Below are positions 1-13,963 of a stretch of 64,000 bases of DNA, piece after piece. The notes beneath the pieces are model-generated. The model had not been told where the DNA came from. It saw nothing but the letters and a program-made list of their open reading frames with translations, and ran no database searches. The translations under genes were made by a program, and so were the position numbers. Origin of the DNA: Octopus sinensis (lineage: Eukaryota); NCBI RefSeq assembly GCF_006345805.1, contig NC_043009.1, forward strand, positions 14,942,001-15,006,000, given 5' to 3'. Each line of letters starts with the position of its first letter. Within the stretch, counting starts at the first letter, position 1.

Positions 1-871
1 TACTTTTCTGTTGTTATTCCATAGTGTTGGCATAGCTTCCAATATATATAGATCCTAACTGTGTCTATGTACTTCTTCTTAGCCAGGACTGGGCGGCCAG
101 AGACATATTCTGAAGTTACTTGTTATGTTTCCTTTCAGTAAATGTTTTTGATAATTTCTTGTGGGGAGGCTTTGGTATTGTGCTGCAATTAAAAGTCCTT
201 CAGTCTATGCTTTGAGTTCTGAGCTTCTTAAATATTGTTGGGATTTTGCTTAGTCTATTTCTTTTGCTTTTCGTTTAACCCAGCTTTCATGCTATCATTT
301 TATCATGCTCCGCTGCCGTTTTGGTTTTAGTTTAGATTTCAGGTGTTTTACAGCTGTGTCTTCTTCTTCATACTTTTTAGGTAGTATAACTTGCTTTTGT
401 AGTCGTCAGCTTCCTTAAAGTGACTATTTCTATTAGTTTTCCTTGCTCCTGAAGTAGGCATTTTTGTTGTCCTATGATGGTTATTTTGTAATATCTTCCT
501 AGTTGTATAAGGTCTGCATCACTTTTCTACACGTTGCAAATATATATATAACCTTTCTATATTAGATTTTGGGTGGTCCATCCTAAATACTGTCACGATC
601 TTGTTGTTTTCCGGTGTAATTTGAGTAGTTTATTTAGTCCAGTTAAGGATATTGTAGCTGTAACATATAACTAGGACACCTGAAATGTTGATACTTATTA
701 TCTTGTTTTTCGCATTGAGCTCTGTTTTCATTATTACTCTAACTCATCTATAGTATTCCCTTTTTATTTTCTCTTTCATTTGTGTGTCGTATCGTACCTT
801 CATTATTGATTTGTATGTCTGGCTTTGATCTAATTCTCTTACTTCATTTGCTTTATCTAGCGTGATGTCGT
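1..871 (-). mobile_element. R4/Dong-type non-LTR retrotransposon fragment (post-RT region to CCHC knuckle), degenerate, runs off window start
   Basis: Minus-strand translation gives DITLDKANEVRELDQSQTY, MKEKIKREYYR, NAKNKIISIN, HPKSNIERLYI and VSGRPVLAKKKYIDTVRIYIYWKLCQHYGI, matching R4/Dong thumb and zinc-knuckle motifs. Contains stops and frameshifts. The truncated 5' end abuts (TAA)n. Confidence 0.85.
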
Positions 872-939
872 TATATTATTATTATTATTACTATTATTAT
901 TATTATTATTATTAGTAGTAGTAGTAGTAGTAGCATCAT

Positions 940-996
<57 letters not shown>

Positions 997-1020
997 TATT
1001 AGTAGTAGTAGTAGTAGTAG
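872..1020. repeat. Compound trinucleotide microsatellite (TTA/TAG/CAT/CAG/TAG)
   Basis: Directly visible; it generates the spurious ORF 857..1108. Confidence 0.95.
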
Positions 1021-1619
1021 AATAAAAATCAACAACAAGAACGAGCCATGTAAGTCTGCTCATAGGGATTTCGCGCAAGTTAGAAGTATGCGAAGATACT
1101 TTTATCATGGAAAATGTTTGAGGAATATCAACGAATATATTGGAGGAATATGAGAGAAATGTGGCACTGAATATTCCTAGATATATCCAGCAAAAAATAA
1201 TTAGTGGACAGTTCTTTCTAAAACACTAGTAGCAAAAAGTATAAAATACACTAGCAAAATGAAGAAAAATTACGATCAGTTCGGAAGAGAAAATCTATAT
1301 AGTAAGGGGTAAAGATATATAGTAAGGGAAGTTTTGCATCTGAGGAGGCTGCTAAAAATCACTCAACAGCCACCTTAACGAGTGAGGAACTCATCATCAT
1401 CCCCATCTGTCTTAGCCGAAGAGTAGTGGCTGCAAGAATACTAAATATACCATCAGAAATAAACACCTTCTAGTTGGCGGCTGTGGATCTCTTCAAAATA
1501 GAAGAGAAAGCCACAATTCTGCGGAGCCTGATAATACAGAAATAGAACGAGTTAGGACAGGATATTGATCTAGGTAGATTAGCCAAGTGTCGAGGCCATC
1601 CCAGATTCCATAAGACTGT

Positions 1620-2870
1620 AGACATAACAATGCTGAACGTAGATGTTTAGGGTAGTAGGCAGAGATATCAATTGTGCGAGGAATGAGAGCTTGAACTGCG
1701 TTCTTGTTCAGGTAGGCCTGGATCTCAAGATGAGGATTGCTTTCCCGGACCCAGAAGATAGGTTGGTGATCCTAGATATGAATAGGAGCGACCGGGTGTC
1801 CTCAGACCGATGGCTGTCTATGCTTGAAAAGGAGCAGGACAGCTGGAATTTTTTCAGAAAGCAGGTTTTCCTCGGGACGTCCCGACCTTTATAATTAGTG
1901 GAGAATTGGAACGTCGTTTAAGATCCATCACCAGACTGTTTGGGGCTAGCGGATAGAAGAGTGGTGATAAAAGCCACGCAAACCTGCTCAGACATTTCTA
2001 ACAGTCTGACAGGTGTTGACAAGATATGCCGGATGTGCTAGTGCGGATCAGTACGTTTCGCATTGGGTCATCCAGGTAGTATGTAGACAGGGTATTCTGT
2101 AGACCAGTAAGTAAAGATTATGCAAGTTGTTCACTTTTCAAAATCGTCCGCTGCTCAGATCACAAGTCCACAAGATCGCAAGACTTCAAGACCACAATAT
2201 AGGGTTAAAAGACAAGTACTCTTTAACTTGAAGTCGAACCATCACACAAAGACCGGATTAGAGAATTAGTTAAGATGGCATTGACGGGGACAATCGGCAA
2301 CAAACAAATGATGCTAGAAAGAAGACGAAATAGAAGGTAACTTAGAAACGTAGAATATATACTTAGGAAAGGCATTGCAATCGACGTGCAAGACGCGAGA
2401 ATGACTCTGGACCAATTATTCAATACTATTTATGAAGGTTGCATTGTGAGAACTAAGGTGCGTGCTGTAAGACAAGTGGGAACGAAAGCCGCTCTCTGGA
2501 TCCGAGTGGCAAAGGGGCAACGTGGAAACAATGCCAGAATTTGGTCTTTCGAGAACCAAAACGTTCTCATCATACATCAGTCCGATCAGATGTGTGAGGC
2601 AATATATCAGTTCTTTGCCCAAATCTGCGGTACGAATAACTGTCCGATCCACAGATGGACTGCAGCACCTAGCTTTCCTCTTTTGATTTGTATAATCAGC
2701 ATTGTCTATTTTGACTTTTATCCAATTAGTCCTTACTGCTTGATCCTGTGCAGATACTAACAAACTTCCTCTTCAGTTACAATCAACACGCTTGTAACAA
2801 CGAGTTACTAGTTTGTTTATTTCGGTGACATAGGAATCTGGAGTTCTGGAGCTGATGGACTCTTTAAACG
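1620..2870 (+). mobile_element. L1/Tx1-clade LINE ORF2 relic (APE endonuclease plus linker)
   Basis: LDLKMRIAFPDPEDRLVILD, FLGTSRPL*LVENWNVV*DP (GDWN-like), YVDRVFCR, SDHK at ~2156, then EGCIVRTKVRA...AKGQRGNNARI. Multiple stops; ends before the RT domain. Confidence 0.75.
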
Positions 2871-2884
2871 CACTTTCAGCATCG

Positions 2885-3320
2885 GCTTGACTTTTGAACG
2901 CTTTCTTTTGCAGGAAACAATCAAGGTGCTTGAAAATTTAATAGTGGGTAGAAGAAAGATCTGGGAAATTAGCTGGGTTGGAAGGAACTTCGTAGCCAGG
3001 CACCATTAAGTTCTGCAGCTTCATTAGTGAAAAATGTGGCCAACCATCGTTATAAAGAATGATTGGCCCTCTTCTGTTGAATAGTTTGAGACGTAGGGTT
3101 AATAGTTTTTCCTTCATTTTGGAAATTTCATGGCAATATGTTTCTGCAGTAATGGTTTTTCTTGGTTTTAACAAGTTATAGTGGATGGGTCCAGCAGTAC
3201 ACCACCAAAATAACCTTCTTTTTGAAGAACCCGGTCTTAGGGAAGGTTTCTGGTGCTTCATTCGGTCCAAACACTGCGAAGAATTTTTTTTATTATTGTA
3301 CAGAATCCACTTTTCATCGC
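2885..3320 (-). mobile_element. Mariner transposase relic (catalytic DD34D region)
   Basis: ORF 2938..3495 contains CDEKWILYNN, WWCTAGPIHYNLLKP, PIILYNDGWPH and PSNPANFPDLSSTHY (decayed HPPYSPDLAPSDY). Confidence 0.9.
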
Positions 3321-3869
3321 AATGCTCAGCTCCCCATGCGTCATGAAAAGTGTGTGATAAACACCACGGTCTTAAATCTAGCCAGGAGGACACAAAATTA
3401 AGAGCAAAAGTATGTTTAGAAATGTGGATTGTGGAATTAGCCATAAAAGTAAATGAAATATCGTGCAGAATATAAAATGAAATATTTTGAAACAAAACAT
3501 TTTATATTAAAGTATATTAAATGACTATATCCTAAGCTTTCTCTCAAAAAGCCAACCTAAGTTTTACAAAGTTGCCTAATTATTTAGCACTTAATAAAGC
3601 ATCTACTTCACTGAAAATAAAATTAAGGCTACAGTTTATAACATTCTAAGTTTTTTTCAAAGACAGGATTTAAAGTGAATGTTTTCTTATATTAAAGATA
3701 ATATTCTAAATTTACATTCAATTTCAATTTAAAATTGAAATGTTTTTCATGAAATTGGGCAAATTATAGAACCAGTAATAATAATGTCTTAAATTTTGGT
3801 ACAAGAGAAGAAACCCAGGATGCGGGTGTAGATAGGAACAACCTCAACGCGCCACAGGTACTCTCTGTT

Positions 3870-3995
3870 TTCGACGTCGAAATGTTAAAAGGCAAAGGCT
3901 ACCACGGGGAAGTTTGAACTCGAAAGACAAACAGCCGGAACGACTACAGCAATATATTTTGTTCTTGCTATAATAAATTTAGCGATCCACCGGCA
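3870..3995 (-). mobile_element. Highly decayed tRNA-derived SINE fragment
   Basis: aaaaggcaaagg...gaagtttgaactc resembles the aaaggcaaagtcgacctcggcggaatttgaactc segment of the SINE at 35.4-36.0 kb. Confidence 0.35.
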
Positions 3996-6424
3996 TGCGC
4001 AATGTAAGTAGAGAATTTTAATTTTCGATATTGGTATCGATGACCTTAAAACAAAATAGAAGATAGTGTCATTGGCTCCTATTTTAAAACTATACAATTT
4101 TATTTGCTGTAATCTTTCAGCACATATCTAATAACTGGAAATATTAAAATAAATCATATAAAAGAAATCTATAATTTCCGACAAAAAGTATTATCATTTT
4201 ACATGTAAAGAATATTTCTGGAATAGATTAAAGTCTTAGCTCTACAATATATCCATTCTCTATCATGTACAAGATAGTGATGGCGATTTCTTTCTTCCTT
4301 TCTTTTTTGTTATCTTCAACGCATAAAATTTAAAATAGGAGATGAAAGTTTGTTAATTACCGATCGAGTTTCCTTTTTCATTTAGACTATTCACTTTATG
4401 CAAATAGAAACGCTCATTAAAGTTTCCTAACTTCACCTAGTTTAGATCGTTCCTTACACCTCTCATACTCACCCACCTTCTTAATATCAATACCCTTTAC
4501 ATCATATCGACACATTCTTTCAACGTATGGGTATTGTGTGTATATGTGTGTGCTTATAGTTTTATGCGTATATGACGTGTGTGTTTCTGTATCAGCGCAC
4601 AAACATGTGTATATGCATATGTATGTACATACATATTAATATATGTGAGTACTTATGTACATATACGTGTGTGTATCTGTGTGTGAATTTGTGTGCAAAG
4701 AGCGAAATGGAGAGAGAGAGTAAAACGAAAAAAAGAAAGAGAGAGAGAGAGAGATTATGAATTTGCGTGTAGTTCAGCTGTATCTGTTCTTATATGTACG
4801 TGTGGATCTGTGTATTTATGTAATTGTCAGGATATTGTGCTGTGTATGTGGATGACTTTTAATTGCCTGTGTAATGTGTGAGATTTTGAATCTGTGTGTC
4901 TCTCTATGTATTAAGATTTGCTGTCCTATTAATATACGACCTACCGGAAATATACCACTATACTCCCTATGTATTTATATACGTTTCAGCCAACTATAAA
5001 TCGTTTTTCTGGTATTTGTTTACTTGTACATTTAATAGTGAATAAACACGCGTACACACATACATACAGATACAGTCGCACACAGGCATACACATACATA
5101 CAAATATGTGTGTGCCTCTACTTGCAAGATTACGAATTTATGTATGCTGCATTCCTATCGTGTCACTGTGTATAAGTTGTGTACGCGTACGTTTCTAATT
5201 TCTAAATAAATAACCATGACTAAAAACGAAGAGAAAGCAACTAAATATAAAATTGTCAGTTAATTTACCATAAATATAAAATATCTCTAAGAAAAACTAT
5301 AATGATGATAATATGAATATTCGAATAATAGGAAAATTATTAATAAAATAAGGTCCATAAATAGATATATTAAACGATGTTTTGTAACAAACTTTTAAAT
5401 GCGAATATAATATCAACCGATTGGCTTTCAATCAAATTTGTCTCTGATATTAAGTGTAATCACATTCTTCATTGTACTCGAAAACGAAGAGGGACACATC
5501 CACATATCATTATTGCATATTATGTGTGTTTGTGTGTCTACGTGTGTGAGTTTATGTGTGTGTGTGTGTGTCTGTGTGTGTATTTGTGCGTGTGTATGTG
5601 TAGAAGCTCAGTCGTGTTTTAAAACCGTAGGCGCAGGCACAGCTCTGTGTCTAGAAGTTTGCTGTACACCTTAGTCAACTGACTTCTGCTGTAGCCCTGC
5701 ATCGACCGATGCTTGTGAAACCGTTGATCCAGACACGTTTATTCTCTCTCTTCATTTTCCTTCCTCTCCTCATTGGTTTCTTTCATCATTCCTTTCTGTT
5801 GAAGAGCCTGAGCGTCAAACCAATACACCTGCGTGTTATTTCCTCACCTGTATCTTGTTTTTGTTTCTTTATGTGTGTGTGTTTGAGTGCGCGCGTGTGT
5901 GCGTTTGTGTTTTTGTCTCTCATCACCATTTCATAACAGATGTTAGTGTGATTAGGTCCCCGTAACTGGACAGTCTTACAAAAGAGACCGATAGAATAAC
6001 AACCAGGCTTAAACCAGAATATCTCTGGTCGCAGTTCAATTGGCTGAAACAAAGCAAAGATAAAAGAACTAACACGACACACACACAAAAACATATTTGC
6101 AAACGCCTCGAACACACAAAAACATATTCATATACGTTTTGGGAGAAAAATATCTCATTTGAATTTGACAGTGCTGGGAAAAGCCTGTTTCAGTAGATAA
6201 TTTCATTTATTAATTTTTATTTAGATATGTATAGCATGTGAGAACAGAGTCCCAATACATAATAAGATACCGGCGAAAGCTTAATTTTACAACGAATGTC
6301 AATTAATCCCGATTATTGTGTTGAGAGGTTCATTACGCTAATAATAATAACACACGCACTCGTTCAATATCACTTCTTTTTTCTTAGCCAATTGGTTAAA
6401 TATCCAACCAACTAACTAATTGAT

Positions 6425-6680
6425 CAGTTCAGTTCTATATTTAAGAGAAGAGGAATTATATACATTATTTACATTTGACAGTTATTTGCCTCATCTTGTT
6501 TGTTGTTAACACAGTGTTTCGGCTGATATACCCTCCAGCCTTCATCAGGTGTCTTGGGGGAAATTTCGAAACTGGGTTCTCCTTCCTAAGGTATTTTTCG
6601 ATGTTATTGTTGTTATTGCTCAGGTCACTGCTTGGAATCGAATTTGGAATCTTGGAGTTAGTAGCCCGCGCTCTTTCTAT
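6425..6680 (-). mobile_element. Non-autonomous element: tRNA-like head, TAA-rich spacer, Penelope-type tail with hammerhead motif
   Basis: Minus strand reads gagcgcgggctactaactccaagattccaaattcgattccaagcagtgacctg (B-box-like), then the body also seen at 32636-32790. The head matches both arms at 33655-33793. Confidence 0.7.
6508..6553 (-). ncRNA. Type I hammerhead ribozyme motif, decayed at stem III/cleavage site
   Basis: gacac-CTGATGA-a-GGCTG(gagggtatat)CAGCC-GAAA-cact-gtgtt. Stem I is gacac/gtgtt and stem II is a perfect 5 bp. Stem III is not intact in this copy (cact rather than a cgtt-like palindrome). Confidence 0.65.
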
Positions 6681-6859
6681 CTATAAATATACATAATACC
6701 TCGACCAAGTTCGGCGACGATTGAGATAAATGTGTGATAATTTATAAACGTGCGTATATATTCACAGGCACAAATAGAAACTCATGCGCACACACAGACG
6801 TTCGCTCATTATTATTAATTTACATATACGTATATACATGCGTATAGACAGCAGACATA

Positions 6860-6904
6860 CAGATAGATATATAGATTTATGGATAGATAGATAGATAGAT
6901 AGAT

Positions 6905-6966
<62 letters not shown>

Positions 6967-7018
6967 GATAGATAGATAGAGAGGTAGATAGGTAGATAGA
7001 TAGATTGATAGATAGATG
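6860..7018. repeat. (GATA)n microsatellite
   Basis: Directly visible. Confidence 0.95.
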
Positions 7019-8328
7019 CATGCCTATGTCTGTTTATACTTCGTGTATGATCACAGTCAATGTTCTGCTTATAAACTGATTGTATTATGGGCGTATTGTT
7101 GTCGATGTACGCGCGTAACGGAAACATTTTTTCTGAGCAAAGCAATTTCATACAAGCATTGATGTTGACGTTCACTTCAAATTATTTATTGTGCGCTGAT
7201 GTGTGTAAATATATTCTGCCTATGATATAATTCCATTTTGTTCATTGATGTTGATGAAATGAGAAAACAGCTGCAGTTTGATCAGTAGCTATTAATCACA
7301 TTTATGAGGAATGGTTTATGCTCAATGACACTAGAGATTCAGAGAGGTATCATCTTCATTATACAGTCCATCACTAATTGAGCTGGTCGGGAGAAGAGAA
7401 ACATTTGTGCTTCATTTAAGATAAAAGAGAGGAGATTTTCTTCGAAAAGGTGGGAAGTCTAACCGTCTTTTCGGTAGAATATTTCTCCTCTTTAGACACA
7501 TACTTCTGACTAAAACATCTGCTTACCTAATCGAAATACAAGATCAAATTAGAAACTGATGTCTGACTGTAACTGAACGAATATAACCAGTTGAATACGT
7601 TCATTTTGAGAGAAGTAACAATAGAGAATTTACAGAAGATGCTTATCATCACATGAAAGATTAGTTGATGGAATTCTAAATGCCATACACACACACACAC
7701 ACGCACACACACACGCACGCACACACACACACACATATATGGACATATACATGTATACAACGTGCGGTTGTGCTCACAATCACAGGCACACATTAAGTTT
7801 AATGCAAAGCATCTAAATAGTTTTAAAATGTTCCAACAGATAATTTTGTAATTTTCATTTAGATCTATTTAATTTGTTACAAAAAAATTGTAACTAGGTG
7901 TAAGTGTAGGATATACATAGTTATACAGACACAGGCATATAAACCCATACACAAACAAGTATATGTGTGTTTGTAGTGGGTGTATGTATGTAAGGATTGC
8001 CTTGAAGTCGAGGCTATTTTCGACGTCATTTACCTCCTCACATATTTATTTATTTATAAAGTCGCAGGGGGCTGTTCTTCGATGTCATCGTCGTGCATAT
8101 TGGGCAGGAAGGTAAATTTCTGTACTACGGTTATTTTTAAGCAGAATGTCGGAACGAATGAATCAGAGGTTTAGGAGAGAGTTGGGATAGTTTAATCAAA
8201 TACTCGCGGGTCGTATTGCATATCTCAATCTTCAGGTTTTGTCAGAGGATGGGTAGCACTCTAACAGACGTTGAAGTTTTGAATCAAGCTTGACCTTTTG
8301 TAGAAAAAAATATCAGGAATTCTAAAGA

Positions 8329-8561
<233 letters not shown>

Positions 8562-11500
8562 GTGTGTTTGTGTTTGTGTGTGTGCGTGTTATTATATATT
8601 GTTTATCATTATTTTTCTTTTTGCTGATGTTGTTATTTTATTTTTGACTACGTATTTCAAATATTTGTATTGTATTGTTTTGTGTTCAGTTTTTTGGTTT
8701 ATTGGAATTTGCGTAAGTTATAAGTCTTACTTTTATGCCATTAATTATATATAATCAAAATTGGGTTTTAAATAATATTTCGGATCTGGTTAGCGCTATA
8801 CTTTTAACAAAGCCAAATTTTACAGCACTTAGTATTTAAAATTTCATAATTGCGCAGTGGAGCCTTTCATAAATTAATCGATCATATGCAGAAGCAATGA
8901 TGGATTTACTAATATTTCAGTTAGAAGTTCCGAAATATTGCAAACACAAATATTTGGTCCCTTCTCCGTCTTTTAATAATCTTTTGCGGCAATATCTAAC
9001 ACCTTACTCTGGACGTCTTTATATGACCACTACTGCGTACAATAGTTCTATGAAATGTGATAATACCTATACGATTTATATTCTAATTGTTTCGATATAT
9101 TTCATTCCCTAACATAGAGAGATAACACTCAAACACTAGTGAATGAGGTATCAAAACTATCTACTATAGACTTTAAAACACTTAAAACAATATATAATAT
9201 AAAACGGATCACAAATCTAATAAATAAGATAATATCGTTCAAACTTCTATTGCATTTCATCAATCATCACTTATATTTTAAGATTTCTTCAATGTATATA
9301 ATAAGAAATGTTTTTCTCATTACCTTCATTTAATCCTTGTAATTGTATGAGATATTATTTAGTGTATCTCCACATAATTAATCAACAACAACGATAAGTA
9401 GAAGGCTATAAAAAATAAAGCTAATAAATCGATTTTGATAAATACAGTGGGAACCTATGTATTGAATGACCTGTTCAAAGATCTCCTAATTAACAGAAAC
9501 TTTCTAGCAATTTGTAGAAAGCAAAGAAAAGCCTACCAGTAATTGTTAGAGACTCGCAAATTAAAGTGGATTTATTTTTACAAAGTTAAGAGGTAATCAC
9601 CAAAAATCCATTTAATATCTAATTCAATAAAAATCTGATATTTTTCAATATAAAAACCAATTACAAATAATTATGGACTGCTTCAGTATTGTATAATGTT
9701 ACTCCTATCATTATAGACTACTCGAGCCTATATTAATCAAATGGTAAGATTTTATATATAGAAGGTACTAATGTAATTTTTATCCAGAAATTTGTAAAAT
9801 TCAAAACGTAAAATGAGTATAAATCATTCTTGTGGCATTATTCCATAAAACAAAAAAGTTACAGGTGTTGCACAATCGTCTTTCCTCAGAAATTTTCACT
9901 TTATTCAAGTATCGTTCTTAGCCAGAAGAAGAGAGACAAAACCTTGTTATAGATGTTAGCAGCTGCCAGAATAGACACTTAATTCCAAGAGATTAAGAAA
10001 TATTCTGTAAAAATATATTTGAATAGACAGACAGCGAATAATTCATTGCGTGCAAAGAGACATTTATTGTAAAATACACTGAGGCCTTATTTGCCTAAAA
10101 TTTTCAAACTAACTGAGAAAGTAGTTATTAATAACTTTTACCAAGTATAATTTGTATAATTATAGCAGTAACAAGCTAAGACAAAACTTGACACCGACTG
10201 ATTGTTGTATCAATAGGTGATGAACCGATGTGATAAATTATTACTTACAGAAAAAAAAACTATAATTATAATTATTAACTCTCAAACAGCAGGACAATAT
10301 ACCCTGGATTTAAGAAATAACCCCTGAAGATAAAACTATATATTATGAGAAAATGTTATTGTTGTTCTTCAGAAACAGACTATTACAGGTTTCTTCTGGT
10401 ATTCTTCGAGTACAAAGGAATTGAGCGCAAATCCAAGCCGGCAAGTTTTAGAGAAAAAAGAAATACTTTTAATATTTAGTATGAATAATTAGTATAATTT
10501 ACAAAAGCATAATCAAAAAGAGAAAGAACTACCCTTAACCATAGCATGACATAGGTTAAATATTATACACCGATTTATTTCCAAAAATAGATTTTATTGA
10601 TGAAGTAATTGAAGACGATGCAGAATTTTAGCCGCATCATGGGGGAAGGAATAAAGCAAAAAATGAATTCATATTTAACAGCTACATGCCGTAAGAAAGA
10701 GAAAAAGGCATCTATTATTAGAGACATTCAAATAAGTCGCAGTTGTAACTCATAGAAATGAGGTATCAAATATATACAAACAAAACCTGGATCGCATTGA
10801 AACTTTTCAGAATTTGGTTAATTTTACACATATGATGCTTTCAGTTTTAACACACCCACTTTTCCCAAGCCAACTTTAGTATGTTCAAGAGAAGAAATGG
10901 AAAGCATGAAAGATCTTTATTTTTTATACATACAAATTAATTAACACTTTACGAAGCCGTTTGAAAATGAATAAATTTCATCAAAGAAAATGTAGACGTT
11001 GTATCACTTTATAATATGAAAGAAACGTAATGAAATGTTCTGAAATTTAAAAAAAAACGAAAAGAAGTGAGCAATGGAGTTGCAATTCTCACATCTGTTA
11101 CATCATGTTAATTGGGAGAGATAGGAGTGAATCATAAACAACCACATCACGGTTTCTTTCCTCATTTGAGACAGCCCGAATCGTTTCCTCTTGTGGCGTT
11201 TGTATCTTGATAAACATTCGAGGGGATGCTGAAACGTTTCTGTCTTTGGGTAAAAGAAAATGTAGGAGGATCACTTTATTTTGATTTTACTCAACATATT
11301 CCCCTCTCTGATTCACATACTTTTTGTAGCGGTCCTTCAGTTTTTCTAAGCCCTGTAAAAAGGACTTGGAAGTTTGGACCACTTTTCGCGACACCCTGGA
11401 AGCTTGGAACTTTTCAATACTCCCTCCAAACACTGTGGTTCATCATACTATGCTGAAACTGGTAATTAATTTTTAAAATTAATTTAAATATCTGTTAGCC

Positions 11501-12460
11501 AAACGGTACAGATCTGCATACAGATGTTATCATCAATATCTATACTATGACTGAGGCCCAATATCTCCGCATATTATTAATCCAGCAATGGAGGAATAAC
11601 GAAGTGTAACTCTAAAACATTTGAACGAACCTAGATAAATAGAAGTGCCGCCGTCATGTAAACGATCTTGTATCTCGATAACAAAGGTTCTTTATAGGCT
11701 AGCATTACCAAAGCATCGAAAATATACAGACTTGTGGTATTCATATAATTTTGCTTTAAATCTGGAAGATATTTTAATAATTAGCAATTAATTCTATTCT
11801 AGTCTAGAAAATTGGAACAAAAGGTGACACTACAAACAAAGACAAGATTCAAAAACCTTGTGAATGTAGAATTTATTTGTAGATTGCTTCTAGAATTTTG
11901 CGATATATATTATTTTTGTGTGAAGTGGCTTGCGAATAATTAATTTTAAAATAATTATTTTGTTTATTGACATTTTGAGTTATATGAATTTGCTGTTGAA
12001 ACTTATTTAAATATATGCATCTTAAAATTGGAGAATGGATTTCATTAATGATAAATGCTTCATCCTCTAAGTAGTATGAATGAAAATATCTTGAACATAA
12101 ATGGCATTTCAACAGAATGTGTAACACTTGAGGATAAGTTAAATTGAAATATTTATCTTTAAAAGTCAAGTAAATAGTAAATAACATAAACACAATTTTC
12201 CAATTGAATATTTCAATTTTTGTAAAATGAGATAATGTCAGAAAGTTGAAAATAGAACAATATTAAAGCAGAAACCAATCACTTAATTAGAATCATTTTC
12301 TTCCCACTTGTACAATCATTTTTTTCACTCTCAATGCCTTCTGAATATTTGCATTTAACTCTATATCATTTTTGCATAAATTTCCCCGCGACAACATAGA
12401 TCCGAGATTAAATGTTACACCTTTGTATATGTCGCCAATAGTAGTTATAGGTCACCTTGT

Positions 12461-13654
12461 TTTGGGTCATTCCACAAATAACGTGATTTTTTTTATAATT
12501 CTATTTTTTTCAAACTTAGTATGAACAAAGTTATTTTTTTAATCTAAAATATACTCTTCTTCATTTTCTAGAATGCTTTTCCATCAATCTTGTAGACTTG
12601 CAAGGCCCCTCTTCCAAAATTCAGTTGTCGGTGACGAAAAGTACTCTTCCAGTACTGTTCTGACCTCTTCTAAAGAATTCATAATCGTGCCGTCCAAAAT
12701 CATTTGGATGGAAGAAAGTTTAAAACTGCTCCAGTCTTTGGAATGTCATCCTCACTATATGTGGCCAAGTATCATCCTTATGGAAGAACACCTTTCGTCT
12801 TGAAACCAAATATGGTCGTTTTTCTTGTAGCGCTGGCTTAATTCCACTCAAGCTGCTCGCAGTAGATCTCCTTTGTTATCGTTTGGTTTGGGTTTAAATG
12901 TTTATAGTGGACTAAACGTTTCATATCCCACCAAACAAATAACAATACCTTACCTGAGTGAAGACCTTTAGCCTGGAGTGCCGGTGTTTACCTTTCCCTC
13001 CCAACACTCTTCGGCGCTTGACATTTTATATAGAACCCATTTCTCGTCAGCAGTCATTATTCGGTCTAAAAAGAAGAGCACACATTCAGTCACTGCGAAC
13101 GTTTAGACTCGGAAATTTTGTGAGGAGCCCACCGACCCAATTTGCTGACTTTTGCGATGGCACTTAGGTGTCTACGAATGGTTGAATGACCAAATCCAAG
13201 TTTCTCTGCTAGTTTCTCAGCAATAACGATGGGAATTTGTTCTACCATGGTCTTAGGGACTGCCTCATCGAGCTCTACAGATCGTCCAGGACGAGATTCG
13301 TCATCTAGGCCGTCGTTTCTAGCTCGGAAATTCTTGAACCACCGTTGATACTGGCTTACGCTTATTGTCCAATCACCATATACTGCATTAATATTCCTCG
13401 CACTTACCGTTGTGTTCTTGCCTTTTTTCTTGAACTCATAAAGCAAACTATACGAAATATGCTCCTTTGTCACTTCCATTAAACATTTGAGAAAATAACT
13501 GTTAAAATCAAACTGCCCTCTTCAAAATTTGCACTAAGAATAAGTTCATGTTAAATTTACTACCTGCTTTTATAGAAACTTGATGCAGGTAGTTCCTTAA
13601 CAACTTTTAGTTTATGCAATTGAAAAAACGCCTTATTTATGGAATGCCCCAATA
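12461..13654 (-). mobile_element. Full-length-size (~1.2 kb) decayed mariner transposon with both TIRs
   Basis: N-terminal HTH in ORF 13090..13479 (MEVTKEHISYSLLYEFKK...KVSKLGRWAPHKIS). Downstream VWWDMK, FHKDDTWPH and C-terminal motifs with stops. TIR pair: ttgggtcattccacaaataacgtgattttt (~12462) versus revcomp attggggcattccataaataaggcgtttttt (ending 13654). Confidence 0.92.
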
Positions 13655-13774
13655 TTAAAAGCCGCAAACTAACCATTAAGATGAAATGTTATTTTTCATT
13701 ACCCAGGAAATGAATGACAGATTCAGTTATAAATACAACCTGGTAATTCATATTTCAAAGTTTGGCATATGGCT

Positions 13775-13963
13775 AGCAATATCGAGGGAGGGAATAAGTC
13801 GATTATATCAACCCCCAGGATGCAAGTGGTACTTATTTTATCAACCCCGAAGGAATGAAAAGCAAATGACGCCTGGCGGAATTTGAACTCAGAACGCGAA
13901 GACAGACGAATTACCGTTAAGTATTTCGCCTGGGGGGTGGGGGGTTGCCAACTCGCCGCCTTT
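13775..13963 (-). mobile_element. tRNA-derived SINE (central gcctttcatcc...gtcgat...aagtaccag domain, Meta/Nin-like)
   Basis: Same family as 25047-25260 and 35424-36011. Confidence 0.8.

Noticed and set aside
11085-11215. Short minus-strand ORF MFIKIQTPQEETIRAVSNEERNRDVVVYDSLL...
   Set aside because: Only ~39 codons, no recognisable homology and no convincing splice context.
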